64,000 nt of DNA from assembly GCA_034780895.1 (NCBI GenBank), contig JAUZTB010000135.1:84507058-84571057 (forward strand), read 5' to 3'. A model generated the notes under the pieces. It saw only the letters and a list, made by a program, of their open reading frames with translations. It had not been told where the DNA came from and searched no databases. The number at the start of each line of letters is the position of its first letter. The stretch's first letter is position 1. The translations under genes and the position numbers were made by a program. This DNA comes from Rhynchobatus australiae (taxonomy: Eukaryota). Below, piece by piece: positions 25,531 to 39,197 of the stretch.

Positions 25531-27886
25531 TGACTGATAAAACCAGCATGATTAACAAAAAATAAATTTGCCTTACGTAACTGCTATCATCTAAGTACTT
25601 CACACACAATAGGCTACAAAATGTTTTTACAGCTGTTTTTAGACTTGTTCCCAACTTGCCAAAGAAGGTGATTTTCCAACTGCAAGCAAGTTTGGAAGTA
25701 ATATATGATATAAAGAGGAGACATTTAATAAGGAAATGTTATATGTGACCAATTCATGGAACCAAGGGACACTAAGAGGGATATAACCTTGCCAGTTCTC
25801 TAAAATGGTTCATCTAATGAAATGTCATCTAATGCATATTAACGAAGTGTTGCATTCAAATAAGGGACAGATTTGAATTTGAATCCTGAAGCAGCATTTG
25901 AATTAACATTTTGAAAATTGGGCTCAACATTAAGGGAAAGCTAAGTAACCTTTCAGGTTCCTACTGAAAACGTGTATTATCTTTCATCCAGAGTTTGTTT
26001 GGGAGTCATTGTTATTCCTATTCTCTGCCTCTTTTGTGGAGCTATATGGGTTTTCATAATTGATATCTATTTATTGATTTTATTCATAAGGGGTTAATAA
26101 AACCTTCCTTAATGATGAGATATTGATTTTTTAATTTATTTTAATAAATCTTGTTTCATATGATAGATAGTTTCAAAACATTGAAACCAGCTATCATTTT
26201 ATATTTCTTCTCTTCAATTGTCCAGAAAATATTTTAAAGCACATTTAATATTTTAGGAGAAGTGCATATTACATAAAGATTATAAACATTGATCAAGTTA
26301 TCTACTTCTGTGGTATGATTTTCCCTATCATTTAATTCAGTAAGATCATCAATCTGGGGAATTTTGCTCATGGTGTTATAACCCAGTTTACAAAAACAGC
26401 TTTATTTGGCTGGACATCATGAAAAATGGATATACTAATTGGTAATCTTTCATGTTCCCACAAGGAGATTTGCTTCAGTTGTTCTGTAAGAACTTAATTA
26501 GTTTAAATGGATTAAAGTAGTGGTAGATACCATATACTTATGACTTCATTAGCCAAGAGAAACACCAATTTATCAGTAACTTTCACCCTCATTGCCTTCT
26601 TGGCAATCTAATGGAGTGGATAACCACTTGTTACAGAATCTATTCAATTTTCACTCCATTAATTTCAGGCATATTCTTTAATGGGTGAGCTGTTCACTCT
26701 GTCAACTCACTTCCTTTGTGCTGACTATGAACACACACATCACTGTTTTGCCCTAGGTTAAGTGCGTTGCCTGCCACACCAAGAATGTGTTGTGCAAGTG
26801 TACTAGTTAGAAGAGGACTAGAGCCAACATGACAAAATTTAAACAAACCCTGGTACCCTCCAGGGGTAATGTTAAGCAAACCTGGCATCAATTCAATTGC
26901 ACATTCCTTGTTCGATGATCCAGTTCCATGCACATCCCTAACAAGTTCACTAGTTTGTCAAGCAGAGTTATGTAGCTGTTTGTTACATTTTTTGCAATAA
27001 AAAACAAAGGTTCCTGGCTGGTGTTCCACACTGTCTTCTTCAGGTTGCAGCACAACCAGTTTTGCTTTCATAGAAGTTTACCGCAACAGTGGGAAGAAAC
27101 GATTTCATCCTCCATTCCATGGGACCCTGATCTTGCACTTCCCTCAATCTCCCAGAAGATATGCATTCTAATATCTTCGACAGGATGGAGTAATCCACTT
27201 ATTCATTTTGCTTAACTAAATGTAAGTAGCTTATGTGAAGAAAATATAAGAGACACCTGCAGAAGGTAATAATTTTTACCAAAATAGTGAAATGTGGAAC
27301 TTGCTATCACGTAGAGTGACTGGAGAAAACAATATAATTTAACGGGAGAAAGGTAGATGAGGATAAAGTACAAAGGTATGTTAATAGAATGAGATGAAGT
27401 TGGGAGAAGGCTTGTATAGAGATTTTGTGCTGTAAAATTTTAAAGCAATTGTACATAATACTGCTTAGAAGAATAGTGAAGTCGTGGCAAACATATAAAC
27501 CACGTAAGTGTTTCATTATGTCAACAATGTGTTCACAGCCATCAGGTTTCCTGAGAAACCTCCATGACTAAATCAAAATTTGCAACACAATATACTTCAT
27601 TTCCCGGTCAGTCATACTTCAAACCAATAAAGAAGCATTTACTCCAGAACTGCCTCATCACTCTACTCCAGTTGCTCACAGAAAGATTTCCATGTAATGC
27701 ATTCTCCATCACTGACATGTGAGTAACCTTTATGCTGCTCAGTTCCATACAGACTTCTTTTAAGTGCATCTTGTTTGAGTGTTGCTGCTACAGTTATAAA
27801 TTTATTTTTAAAAAGTTTAGTGCTTCAAAAAACCATTCTTAATAGCTGCCCAAAAATTCTTCTTAAAGGCCTTTCATAACTCGCCT

Positions 27887-27998
27887 CTAATCAATAAACC
27901 TCTGGCACGCTTTCTTCCAACGGCAGGCAGTACACCACATATCTCGGTTTTCCATACCATACACTTTCCGGCATTTCTTTCCTTCTCCACGGATTTTT
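27887..27998 (-). CDS. ZNF704: ZNF704 terminal coding exon encoding the C-clamp/CR3 domain ([36 protein letters not shown])
   Basis: Acceptor TTCATTCCCAG; TAG at 27889-27887; C-clamp motif shared with ZNF395, SLC2A4RG and TCF E-tails. Confidence 0.96.
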
Positions 27999-29425
27999 CT
28001 GGGAATGAAAAAAACAAAATTTATCTTGGTGCTTAGAGGACTTTGTCCCCTTTCAGTACACCACTTCTAATGAAAAACATGAGAACAATTGTCACCATAA
28101 TTAATGACCATCTAATCAAGATGCACTTTCACAAATCACTTAGTGTAGAAAATCACGAGGCTATTTCATCTGTGGATTATTACTTACTAAGGTAAAAAAG
28201 TTCTGTTGTTTTTCATTAAAAGATTCACCTCATTTTTATTTGCTTCATTTAACTGAATAATTAATTCTCAGTTGAAATTAATTCTATTTGCTTATACAGT
28301 ATTAATCACTGCACTCCAAAAGTAACAGACAAATTGCACAGGATTGTTTTGATGTACTAAGGCACTATAGGCTAGAAAATCAATGATAATAGTTTATGGT
28401 CTTTAAAGAGTTTGTGAACTGCAAGCTAATGAACATTTTGTTTAGGGCCAATTGCTGGGAAATTCAAAAATGTGNNNNNAGCTGAGGATGTTCTGTGTTA
28501 CTGGGAAGGTCTTGTATTTGGAAAAGCTGTCCTCCAGCACTGAGCAATGTACAAGGATTCAGAAGATTGGCCTAGCCAGGATGGGGATTGTAAGGTGTGA
28601 GGTCAGGGCTGGAGATTGTTAGGGAAGTCAAGGTGAGGTTCATGTACCAGCGACTGATGGTGGGGTGGGGTGGGGTGAAGTGGAGGGAACGTGCTGAGTG
28701 GGTGGAATGGTGATTGGGGGTGGTTTTGGTCATGCTATCAGGATCGGGATTGAGGGAATCTGGGAAAGATTAGAAAAAGTACATTATTCAAAGGAGACCT
28801 ACTTGAAGCTGCTTCCTAGAACTGAATTCTGTGGGCTGGAACGTACTCAGCAAGGTACCCTTGAAGTGACGATGAAGCAGGCCTCACATATGCAGAGAAA
28901 GCTGTTTCTGTTTGAATGGACTTCAGACAAAAACAACGGAAGGCTAGGTATTCACTGCACACTATTGCTTCCACCGCATGTCCCTGTCTTCTCTATAAAT
29001 TTACAGGTTTGAAGTACAGAGGAACAGGAAGAAAAATTGCAGAATGTGTGCATCTTGCAATGAGTCTCAGAATTTCCTTTACATTTTATTTTTTATTAAA
29101 ACTGAATCACATACACACAAAGTTGTCGTGCCACATAATCATATTTCTCGGTGCACATTAATACTTTATTGTTATTAATAATAAATGTCCAGCATTATAT
29201 ACCAATAAAAAAAAGCCTCATTTCAAATAAGAAATGGATCCTTATTAAAAACATTTAATATCCTGAACATAGGTCACAATTTTACTGTGTCTCTGTCATA
29301 TTTGTTTCATGGATAAACATCTTGGGTCAACCATAATTAAAGAAATGTATCTTGAACTGTTTGTAATTGGTTTTGACAATGTAGCAGATGTATTGCACAT
29401 TGTGAGTGAGCAATGTATACTGTAC

Positions 29426-29523
29426 CTTGCTCCAACCACAGGTCTAGGTGGAGAGGAGAGTGAAGGGACGGGCTGCTGACGCTGCTCTCCAGCACCCACG
29501 GTATGACTATGGGTTGGTGAAAC
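29426..29523 (-). CDS. ZNF704: ZNF704 coding exon (VSPTHSHTVGAGEQRQQPVPSLSSPPRPVVGAR)
   Basis: Acceptor GTGTGCTAG, donor AG|GTACAG, 98 bp, phase 0 to 2; resembles the recalled mammalian VSPTHH..GEQRQ..LSSPPR segment. Confidence 0.92.
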
Positions 29524-30139
29524 CTAGCACACACAAAAAAAATTTCCATCAGTCCCATTGACTTTCAGCTCCCTAGGGAACTGAACACTTATTTAGCAAT
29601 CCTACTTCCTGATGGATAGAAAACCTGTAAAATAAANNNNNNNNNNNNNNNNNNNNNNNNNNNNNNNNNNNNNNNNNNNNNNNNNNNNNNNNNNNNNNNN
29701 NNNNNNNNNNNNNNNNNNNNNNNNNNNNNNNNNNNNAAAATAAAGCAAGCATTGCACTGTGGTCACTTAATCTAAAGGTCAAAATTTTAGGCAGAGTAGG
29801 GATGTGTTTCCTGCCATATGTTCATCAGAAGACTCTGTACTTTTCAACAAAATATAAATGAACAAGGCATTGTTTGGTTTACTGTCCTTTGAAGGAAAAC
29901 AAGCTCCACCCTCAACACAAGTTGGAGAATTTTGAAAATAATTCAATCCCAACACATATATTTTGATAGCCAAAGCCCATTGATTTAAGTCACTAGAAAA
30001 TAAAACTGTATAAAAAGATCTAACTTTGCACATTGTCATTTTTAGTCAGAGTTTTAAATCACATAGTCCAGATTTTGCTAACGAGTCATCCTCTAAATAA
30101 AGTAATTGAAAAGCCTCATTGTGACAAATTCTGAGTGTC

Positions 30140-30700
30140 ATTTAATTTTCAGTTCTATCTCATAGTTCAAGTCCCACTCTAAATTATGAGCACAGGATTT
30201 AGACTGGTACCCACTGATGTACTAAGGGAAATGCTGTGGTCTCAGAGACATTGTGTATGGGCTAAATGTTAAACTTGAGGCTCTATATGTTCTCAATAGA
30301 ATGTAACAGATCTCAAGGCATCATTTTGGAGTTGAGGAGATTATCCTGTGACCTGGCCAATATTTATCTTTGAGGCAATATCACTAAAAAATAGCTGTGA
30401 TGTAAGGCCAACAACCTGAAAGAACACTAGCTCTGTTTCTCCCTGTACGGATGCTGCATGGCCAGTTGAGTCTTTCTAGCATTTTTTTATTTTTCAAATT
30501 TTCAACATCTACAGTATATTGCTTTTGCACTAAAATAACTTAGCTGGTCGCTTCTGCTGTTTTTTTAGAGCTTGCAATGCACAATATGGCTGCCTTATTT
30601 CCTAGGTTACAATAATGATTATATATCAATAAGGTACTTCACTAGTTGCAAAATATGTTGGGAAGTCCAAAAGTCCTAACAGGTGCAAAATAAAACCACC
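30140..30700 (+). mobile_element. Deu-domain SINE (SacSINE1/AmnSINE-like), interrupted by a Penelope-like fragment at about 30410-30530
   Basis: gttcaagtcccactc B box; gttaaacttgaggctc...cctggccaatatttatc Deu-like core; tggctgccttatttcct tail. Confidence 0.6.
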
Positions 30701-30833
30701 TTTGATTGCTTCTGTTTATTTTAGAAGAAATCTGGGGTAATATTTAACCACTGTTTGAGCAGTAAACCAGCTGAGTGAATCACTCAGCCAGTATAATAAT
30801 GGGTTCCATCACGAGTGAGAGATTTGCTTCACC

Positions 30834-31513
30834 TAGAACATAGAACACTACAGCACAGTACAAGCCCTTCGGCCCATAATGTTGAGCCGACATTTTATCC
30901 TACTCTAAGATCTATCTAACCCTTCCCTCCCACATAGCCCCCCATTTCTCTATCATTCATGTGTCTATCTAAGAGTNNNNNNNNNNNNNNNNNNNNNNNN
31001 NNNNNNNNNNNNNNNNNNNNNNNNNNNNNNNNNNNNNNNNNNNNNNNNNNNNNNNNNNNNNNNNNNNNNNNNNNNNNNNNNNNNNNNNNNNNNNNNNNNN
31101 NNNNNNNNNNNNNNNNNNNNNNNNNNNNNNNNNNNNNNNNNNNNNNNNNNNNNNNNNNNNNNNNNNNNNNNNNNNNNNNNNNNNNNNNNNNNNNNNNNNN
31201 NNNNNNNNNNNNNNNNNNNNNNNNNNNNNNNNNNNNNNNNNNNNNNNNNNNNNNNNNNNNNNNNNNNNNNNNNNNNNNNNNNNNNNNNNNNNNNNNNNNN
31301 NNNNNNNNNNNNNNNNNNNNNNNTTCCACATCCTTCCTATAATGAGGCGACCAGAACTGAACACAATACTCCAAGTGTGGTCTAACCAGAGTTCTATAGA
31401 TTTCCACATCATCTCACAGCTCTTGAACTCAATACCCCAACTAATGAAGGCCAACACTCCATATGCCTTCTTAACAACCCTATCGACCTGCGTGGCAACC
31501 TTGAGTGATCTGC
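30834..31513 (-). mobile_element. CR1/HER1-like LINE 3' end
   Basis: [26 protein letters not shown]; terminal tagaacatagaac repeat. Confidence 0.9.
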
Positions 31514-32596
31514 ACCTGCTTACAACCCACTCAGTGAAGATGGAAACTACCTGCAAAAATCCTTACTGATTGCATGAAAATGAAAGTTGTTGTGCTAAGA
31601 ATGCAGTGGCACATAACAGTCATCTGTGAATATTCACTGGTCCTGAAAATCTAAAATGCTTTACTGCCTGTCACCATAACTGGTAGAATATCCCCAGGGA
31701 ATGGGAATAAAATATTCTCGGCATTAAAAGTCCAGGGCACATGCATTGAGAACACCCCGTGCAACGTCCTCTACCAGCTCTGGCATCTCCTCCTCTACGC
31801 ATGACAGTAAGTCCTGGATGAGCAGCAATTTCATCACGTAAGAAATTGAAGACTGAAGTCAGTGGGGTCTGCTCCATCACAAGTGGTATGACCTGGTTGA
31901 ATTTCCCCCTGGTGCTATCTAAGGCCCACTACTAGGTACTCAGTGTATCTTCCTGCCTTCTGCTGATCAAGAGCTGCAAATGAAGGAATTTCCAAGGGAG
32001 TTCAAGAATCTCCCTAACATATCCTTGTAGAGCAGAGTCCCCTTGGTACTTTCCACCGCACAAAACAAAATTCCATTGATTGCAGAGGAACTGGGTAGAA
32101 CTTAAACAGTCTTAGCATTTCAGGTAGATGACCTTTCATCAGATGCAACAAAACTGGGGTTTTCAGCTCCCATTGACAACCTCACTGGATTTAAATTTCA
32201 GGGTCAGGATGGCAGAAGATTCCTTTTGTGCTCTGGAAACATGGAACTTCCATCTGCTCACATCAGTTGAAATCTTATATAAACAGTCTTCAACAGGAAA
32301 TAGAAAAGCCATAGTGCTCAAAACAATGATGCAGCAGCTTTTAAGTCAAGGGGCATATCCAGCAATGATTGCACCCATGGAAAATCCCAACTAGATGACA
32401 CTATGCTGTGGTATCAAAGGGGAGCAAACTGGTTAGAATTTGGACACGCAAATGAAATGGCCAGCAACTCCTGTAACATTACCAGCACAGGTCAACTGAA
32501 GCATCTTCTGAAGCTGGTCTTCAGACCTGGTAATGAAACAGTGAGCTAAGCCTATATGGAATGTTTAAAACTCTTTTTTAACAACTTTACTTATAC

Positions 32597-32826
32597 AGTA
32601 CGTTAACCAGCCCTTCTGACCCAATGAGCCCGCGCCACCCAATTACACCCATATTAACCCTCTAACCTGTACGTCTTTGGAATGTGGGAGAAAGCCAGAG
32701 CACCTGGAGGTAACCCATGCAGTCATGGGGAGGACATACAAAGTCCCTACAGACAACGGCAGAAATTGAACCCCGATCAGGTGCTGTAATAGCATTACGC
32801 TAACCGCTACGCTACCATGCCGCCCT
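32597..32826 (-). mobile_element. HE1/V-SINE-like SINE
   Basis: tctttggaatgtgggagaaagccagagcacctggagg...attgaaccccgatc...taaccgctacgctaccatgccgcc. Confidence 0.8.
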
Positions 32827-33289
32827 TTACATTTGGCTGAACATGAAGCCAGTGCTCTTCCATACTCCACAATTAGGTGGAGTGAGAAAAGAGTACCCAC
32901 CATGAAGTGCACTCCAGTGTGTGCCATTAGAACCAGCACAGGAAGGGCCTGAAAGCCAGTCAGAATGTTGCATGACACATTACATGATTCAGTGTCACCT
33001 CTCTACAAATCAGTAGGTGGATAAATGGATACTACTGGCAACAGGGGTGGGTTCACGGCAGACCTTTGTCCTGCAGATTTTGCACGTAAGGTCCATCCTT
33101 TCACATCAGTGAATTGGGCTCACCCTCTGAGTGTTTGTACGGCATTCAACCACTGTGGTTTGGATGCCCTGGGTTTTGGAGTGTAGTCCCCATAGGCTAA
33201 ACAGCTTTCGTCTAATTCTGAAAATTAACTCCACTCCCATGGGAAGTTTGTGAGAACTAGAACCTGGAAAACATGAACCACTTCCCATT

Positions 33290-34015
33290 AACTTTAGTCA
33301 CCTCTTGGCACAGGCAGACCTCAATGATGAAATTCATCAGCACCTTCAATGTACTAGCACAGCCTTTAGTCGATTAAGGAAAATCAAATTTGACTTTGTC
33401 TTGTACAAAATTCATGCTCCATCAGGAAGCAATGATCTCCACCCTCCTGTACCTTCTGAGATCTGGACTATCTACAGCACCCAACTCAAGACACTGGAAA
33501 AATACCACAAACATTGTCTCTGCAAAGCCTCCCAGATTCACTGTTTGGAAAAGTGAATCAATGTCAGTGTCCTCTCTCAAACCAGCATCTGCAATATTGA
33601 AGACCTAGTTACTCTCAGTCAGCTGCAATGAGCTGGTCATGTTGATGGTATGACTGACACCAGACGTGTATTCCAAACTCTGTCATGTTAAGGGATTAGC
33701 AGGTGCAGGGAGGAAAAGATTCAAAGATGTGGTCAAAGCTTCCATGAAGAAATGCCACATCCCCACTAACTCCTGAGAATCTCTAACCCTTGAGCACTCA
33801 AAGTGGAGGAGAGTTAGAGATTGTATTAAGAACCTATGTACTGGGAGCATACAGAGGCATTGTTTAAGCACAGGAAGGAATGAGTTACCTCACTCACTAT
33901 CCACCTGCTGCCCTGTCTGTGAGAGTCTGAGATTTCCCAATGGGCCTCAACATGAACCTCAGAACGCACAAAACTGGAATGGAATAAATTCACCCTTGAA
34001 ATCAAGAAGAAGACT
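33290..34015 (+). mobile_element. RTE-clade LINE 3' fragment
   Basis: ADLNDEIHQHLQCTSTAFSRLRK, TLLY..EIWTIYS, QLQ*AGHV, RKRFKDVVKASMKKC. Confidence 0.8.
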
Positions 34016-35731
34016 ATTGGCAAAAAATTTTGTGAATGTCCTTCGTAGAGATTGAGGCTTTTGTACCTCCTATCTCACGATTTAAAGAGAACATTATTTC
34101 AGAAACAAGCATTGCCCAGCTAATGATAAAACAAAGTAATTTTAATCTGAATAGATGTTCCTTTGTGCAATAAAGCTTAAGATTCATTCAACTTATTATG
34201 CTTAAAAGAAGCAAAACATGTTTTTAGAGTACAATAGCAGCGGACATCTAGTAATGAAGCCATGCTCATTAGATCTCAGTATCTGAGGATACATAATGAG
34301 CTTTTGATTTAGTTCAATTTTGACAAGGGGCATCGAACTACAACATAACAATGCAACGCAGCCTTGTAACAAANNNNNNNNNNNNNNATATCATCATTCT
34401 CAGAGCTGACAAACACTCTCATCAGTATGCTCTAATGGGCAAAATATGATAATTCACTAAGAGACATTGAGCGCAATTACTATAAATCACAATGCTCATA
34501 CCACTAACCATGCTCTCTACAGAGGAATGAGTAAGCATCTGTAATGTATCAAGTGTCTCAGTCTACACACAATAACAAGACTGAATATGCGTACACTGTA
34601 CTCCATATTATTTTTCATAAAAATCATTGAAATCTACATTAACTCTACCCAAATTGTCACAAGTAGTGAATACACTTATTTTCAGGACATTGTGAATAAT
34701 TATTATAAGACATTGTAAACTGCTTGTTCAGATTAATGACACTGCGAGGACAGACATTCCAAACTATTCCTGGAAGGGTTATGTCCATAGTTATTGTAAA
34801 TCACTTGAACCAGCACTGTCATTTTCCAGACAGCATTGATATTGATGGTCGTCTGTATTCTTCACAAGCATTGAGATAAAAATCAATGGCAGTCACTGTA
34901 CCCATCATGGTTAGAGTTTTTAGAAGCTGGTCATAAATAAATGCTCAGAGGAAAGCACTATGTTCATTTCCTGTAATTTGCTTAGCTCATTCCCTCATCA
35001 TCNNNNNNNNNNCAGACCTGCAGAAGAAGCAGTTTGAAGCTGTAACTTATTAGGTAACTAAATGCAATGCTGCACCTCTGAAGTCAGATGTAATGTTTGA
35101 TGGCTATAGCAGCACATCTACATTCTACTTCCTCATCATTATTGGGATCTATTACTGTCTGTACTCCCCTTGATAATCAGACAGTCAGTCTGGGCCATAT
35201 GTATCTGCAAATACCCAACTGTAAGCAAGGGCTGGGGAAAAGAATGGGAGGATTTTTTTTTACCCTGTTTAGTATGGAGCTTCATTCAAGCCCTGATTAA
35301 GAATTGGAAAAGTTCACATCAAGACAACTAGTGAATTTGAATGAAAATCTGCACTGAGATTTTCAGACTGACACTTGGTTTGCTAGGATCTAAATCTCAG
35401 TGGCTCCCATGAACAATCTTTGAACACTGGCAATACTCTCACAAGGAGTACCCTAAGGCTTCTTACACAATTCTAACCATATATTTTATTCAGAAGTGCA
35501 AAATTGATTCTACAGTTGTTATGTGAAGAGCTGTGTGCCCAAGGGAAGTGCTACTATGGTACATCCGTTTCATGTTGCAACCTTCATTTCACATAAAATT
35601 AACCTGTAGAGCTTCTTATGGGTACAGACCTCTAACATAGTGTTATCACAATTTATTATTGGGACATGGACTTATTGTACCATTGTGGGATATGACAGAA
35701 TAACAGCTGACAATGTAATGGAATGGCTGAC

Positions 35732-36085
35732 ATAAGAATATAAGAAAAAGCAGTAGAAGTCAGTATGGGCCCTTATTCCTTCCCTACTGTTCAATGTGAT
35801 CAAGGCTAATCCGCTACTTCAACTCGACTTCCCCTTCCAGTCTCCAGTGTCCAAAAATCTATATTTCATTCTTGAATAAGTATAATGTGCATAGCCCTCT
35901 GAGTTGGAGAACTCTAAAAATTCAAGACCCCCTGAAGAAGAGATTTGTTCTCATCTCAATCTTAAATAGTAAAATACCTTAATCTGAGACTATGAACCCT
36001 AATTCTAGATTCTGCGGTGTGGCCAAACAGCCTGACATCATCTACCTTGTTAAGGTCTTCTAAGAATTTCATATATTTTAATAAG
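35732..36085 (-). mobile_element. Old CR1-like LINE 3' end
   Basis: cataagaatataagaaaaagcagtag...tgttcaatgtgatcaaggctaat tail motif. Confidence 0.65.
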
Positions 36086-36628
36086 TGAAGCAACATGTCA
36101 CTGAAGACCTTTCCTTTATATATAAGCAACACTGTAATTCAGCATTCTATTACTGGAGATCAGAAGAATGAGGTTACATTTAGAAAGAAATAAATCTGTG
36201 AACAAAGATCCAGAAACTGCCATGTCATTACTGATATTAACTTTTTTTTGTGTTGGCTACAAGGCAGATGTTGGTTAGGACAGAAAATAGTCCAACCGAA
36301 TATACAACCAAATGAAAATGCAGATAGAGTCCTAGTTTAACACCTCAAACAAAATACCAATGCAGTATCACATAACAATATCATCTTATGTTGATATACT
36401 CAAGTTCTGTCTTAAATCTGCCTAAATTGAATGATGCAGTAGAATGATCTCTGCACCCTGACCTCTAACCAAAACAAAATTCATCCCTGCCCACCCTCCA
36501 ATATGGTTTGATCATATTTCAAATGAAACAAAGGTACATTTGGTGCTCAAAGAATTTATCCAACAATGACCTAACTAAACACAAGCTACTTCAAAATGTA
36601 GTCAACACTTTGCCTTGCAGTGAGACCT

Positions 36629-36718
36629 TAGAATAGAAGAACATAGAACAATACAGCACAATACAGGCCCTTCGGCCCACCGTGTTGTGCCACCCATCAA
36701 ACCACACCTCACACCATC
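36629..36718 (-). mobile_element. CR1-like LINE 3' tail, running into a gap
   Basis: agaacatagaacaatacagcacaatacaggcccttcggccc. Confidence 0.75.
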
Positions 36719-38544
36719 NNNNNNNNNNNNNNNNNNNNNNNNNNNNNNNNNNNNNNNNNNNNNNNNNNNNNNNNNNNNNNNNNNNNNNNNNNNNNNNNNN
36801 NNNNNNNNNNNNNNNNNNTCAGAATCCAACTGATCTACTCTGAAATCAAGTAATCAATGGCAGAGTTAGGAACATTGGCATTAGAAACATTTCCCAATAT
36901 TGGAAAAAAAATCACTAATAACAAGATGAGGCAAGTATTTTCTTCGTACATATTTTATAGAAGGGTAGGTAATGACTTCACTTCCTTTAACACAGAGGAT
37001 ATCACCCTCTTAATGTAATTAGCCCCTTTTAAGACTGTTAATTACATTCATTCTTCCATCCCAAGGGCTATTAACTACTCACTAATTTGTAATATACTGC
37101 AATCAAAGCTGCAAAATGAACTTTATGAACACAATTAAATTCAATGGCTTATTACAAGCAGTGTACTGGCTATGTTCAGAACACTACGGGAGGCAAAGAG
37201 TACTCAGCACCTAATGTGCCAAACAATCTAAAAAAATTTTATTCAAATTCAGTGATAAGGCCAAGTTGCAGTTTGAAGTGGAAATTTAAGAACTGATTGC
37301 TGTAAGTTCTTCAACAGGAAGAAATCACTAGGGAATGGAGTCCTGGGTAGGAAAGAAGAACTAAAAAGAGGAACTGTTTAAGGAATAGTAGAATCTGTGA
37401 TGGCAAAAGAGGGATCGAAGGTTTGATCAGACAGAAATTACTGAATTGTCCATTTAACCATTTATATTATGAAAAGATGATGAAGTAATAAAGATAAGAT
37501 CCTCTCTGGTTGTGAGGGCAAGAGATAAAATCTGTTCTTTTAATCAATAAATCACAATACATTCTTTTTATTTTGTTAAATAGCACAGGAAGTAAAGCAG
37601 ACCTTCTGCTTTCTCATATCTATTCTGAAAATCACACCTCCCCCACAGTCTGACCTATTTTCCTTGATGTCCACGATCCAATGTTCAGTGAAAAAGGATT
37701 TGCTGCATTTAATACTCTATGTGACCCAGAGCAACACAGGGGGACAGCAGGACCAATCAAAACATTGCTCCTTTGCCTAAAAATGCACTTAGTTTTAAAA
37801 TTAATGAAGCCAATTTAAACTATGCACCTCAGAAAAAATTCCAGACCGGCTTTGATTAGAATTTTCTCTCCCTACATTTAGTGCCCAAGAATAGATAATA
37901 TAATTCCATTTTAAAAATTAAAATATTGCTAAAATGTTTGCTCATCCTACTACATCTGCACTAGCACCATTCGCCATACAAAACACTTGAGCGGGCTGTA
38001 AGCGAACATTAATGGGAAGATGTATTTATGCAAGACGTGAGTTGGAATTGGAGGGGATATTCATGTGCTTGTCTGCCATAACATCAATGAAAAGACTATG
38101 GTAACTTTAGTAAAACAGTAAATGCCAATATTTATCAAGAATTCCTGTAGCAGCTAGGCTAAAGTATGTGGGTGAGAGAACTTAGTGACTGAAGTTTAGA
38201 TCTTTCAATAAACCAAAATCTGAAGCAGAAATAGGTCATATACAGTACAACCTTTCTGGTGACTGTATTACTGAAATCATGCTCCTGAGGTAATGAATTG
38301 TGTTAATTATTTTGGAGGGGAAATAAGGATGTTTCTATTTAAAACATTAATAATGCATTAAACTGCATTTTCCTGACTGGAAAAATGCCCAAGGCATTCC
38401 AGAGAGGAAAAATGATGCTGTACCACAGGAAAAATTAGGAGGGTTGTCTAAAGAGAAGGAGGGTCATGATATCAGGGATGGAGAGGCAGAGGGGTTTTGC
38501 AGAGAATGGGCCAAATACAATGCCATTAATGATGACATTCAAAA

Positions 38545-38745
38545 AAACTGAAGACACTGGAAATGTAAAACAAAACCAGAAAATGCTGAAAAAACTCAGC
38601 AGGTCAGGCTGCATCTGTGTGAAGAGAAACAGATCCAACATTTCAGGTCAAAGAAGATAAGAAGACAAAAGAAGCCAGGAGGGTGGGGTAGAAGGATGTC
38701 CCTAATTGGGTAAAACCTAGATGACCATGTGGATAAGCTGTAAAG
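38545..38745 (-). mobile_element. Degenerate Penelope-like terminal fragment
   Basis: aaaatgctgaaaaaactcagcaggtcaggctgcatctgtg...aacatttcaggtc motif. Confidence 0.6.
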
Positions 38746-39095
38746 AAGATTTTCTGGTGAATGAGTGAATGGGAGCAGTTAAAGAGTTAAAAAATAGACA
38801 AAAGAACATCGGCATTGCAAAATGTAGAGCAGAAAAACCAGATCAACTGCACTTTTCTCATCAATACACTTTGTTATTTTTATTGTAGACTGGGAAATTG
38901 ATTTGTTGACCTTGTTTTACACAAATTGGATTGAAAAGACAAACTCTGAACATTGCACTATTTTGTTTGAAAAACATATAAAACCTATTAAAAAGGGTTA
39001 CATTTTACACAATATCTTGATTCCTCCAGCTGCCTGAAAACTTCAGAGTTTGAAAACCTCAGGTGTTGGTCAAGCTTTAAGCTGCTCATACTTAC

Positions 39096-39197
39096 TGGGA
39101 TGCCAGTGAAGGTAACTGGTGGAGATTGCCAAGAGATGCTGAATCCATTGCTGGTAGGTGTGAACTTTGATCCAGGAATATTAACGGGTGCTGTGGC
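39096..39197 (-). CDS. ZNF704: ZNF704 coding exon ([34 protein letters not shown])
   Basis: Acceptor TTTTCCAACAG, donor CCA|GTAAGT, 102 bp, phase 0 to 0; [12 protein letters not shown] motif. Confidence 0.94.

Larger units (their letters stand above)
17915..27886 (-). other. ZNF704: Probable long 3' UTR of ZNF704 (distal extent uncertain)
   Basis: Repeat-poor AT-rich stretch after the stop codon, ending at AATAAA with a GU/U-rich downstream element; several UGUAHAUA motifs; mammalian ZNF704 is known for a very long 3' UTR. Inference without transcript data. Confidence 0.55.
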
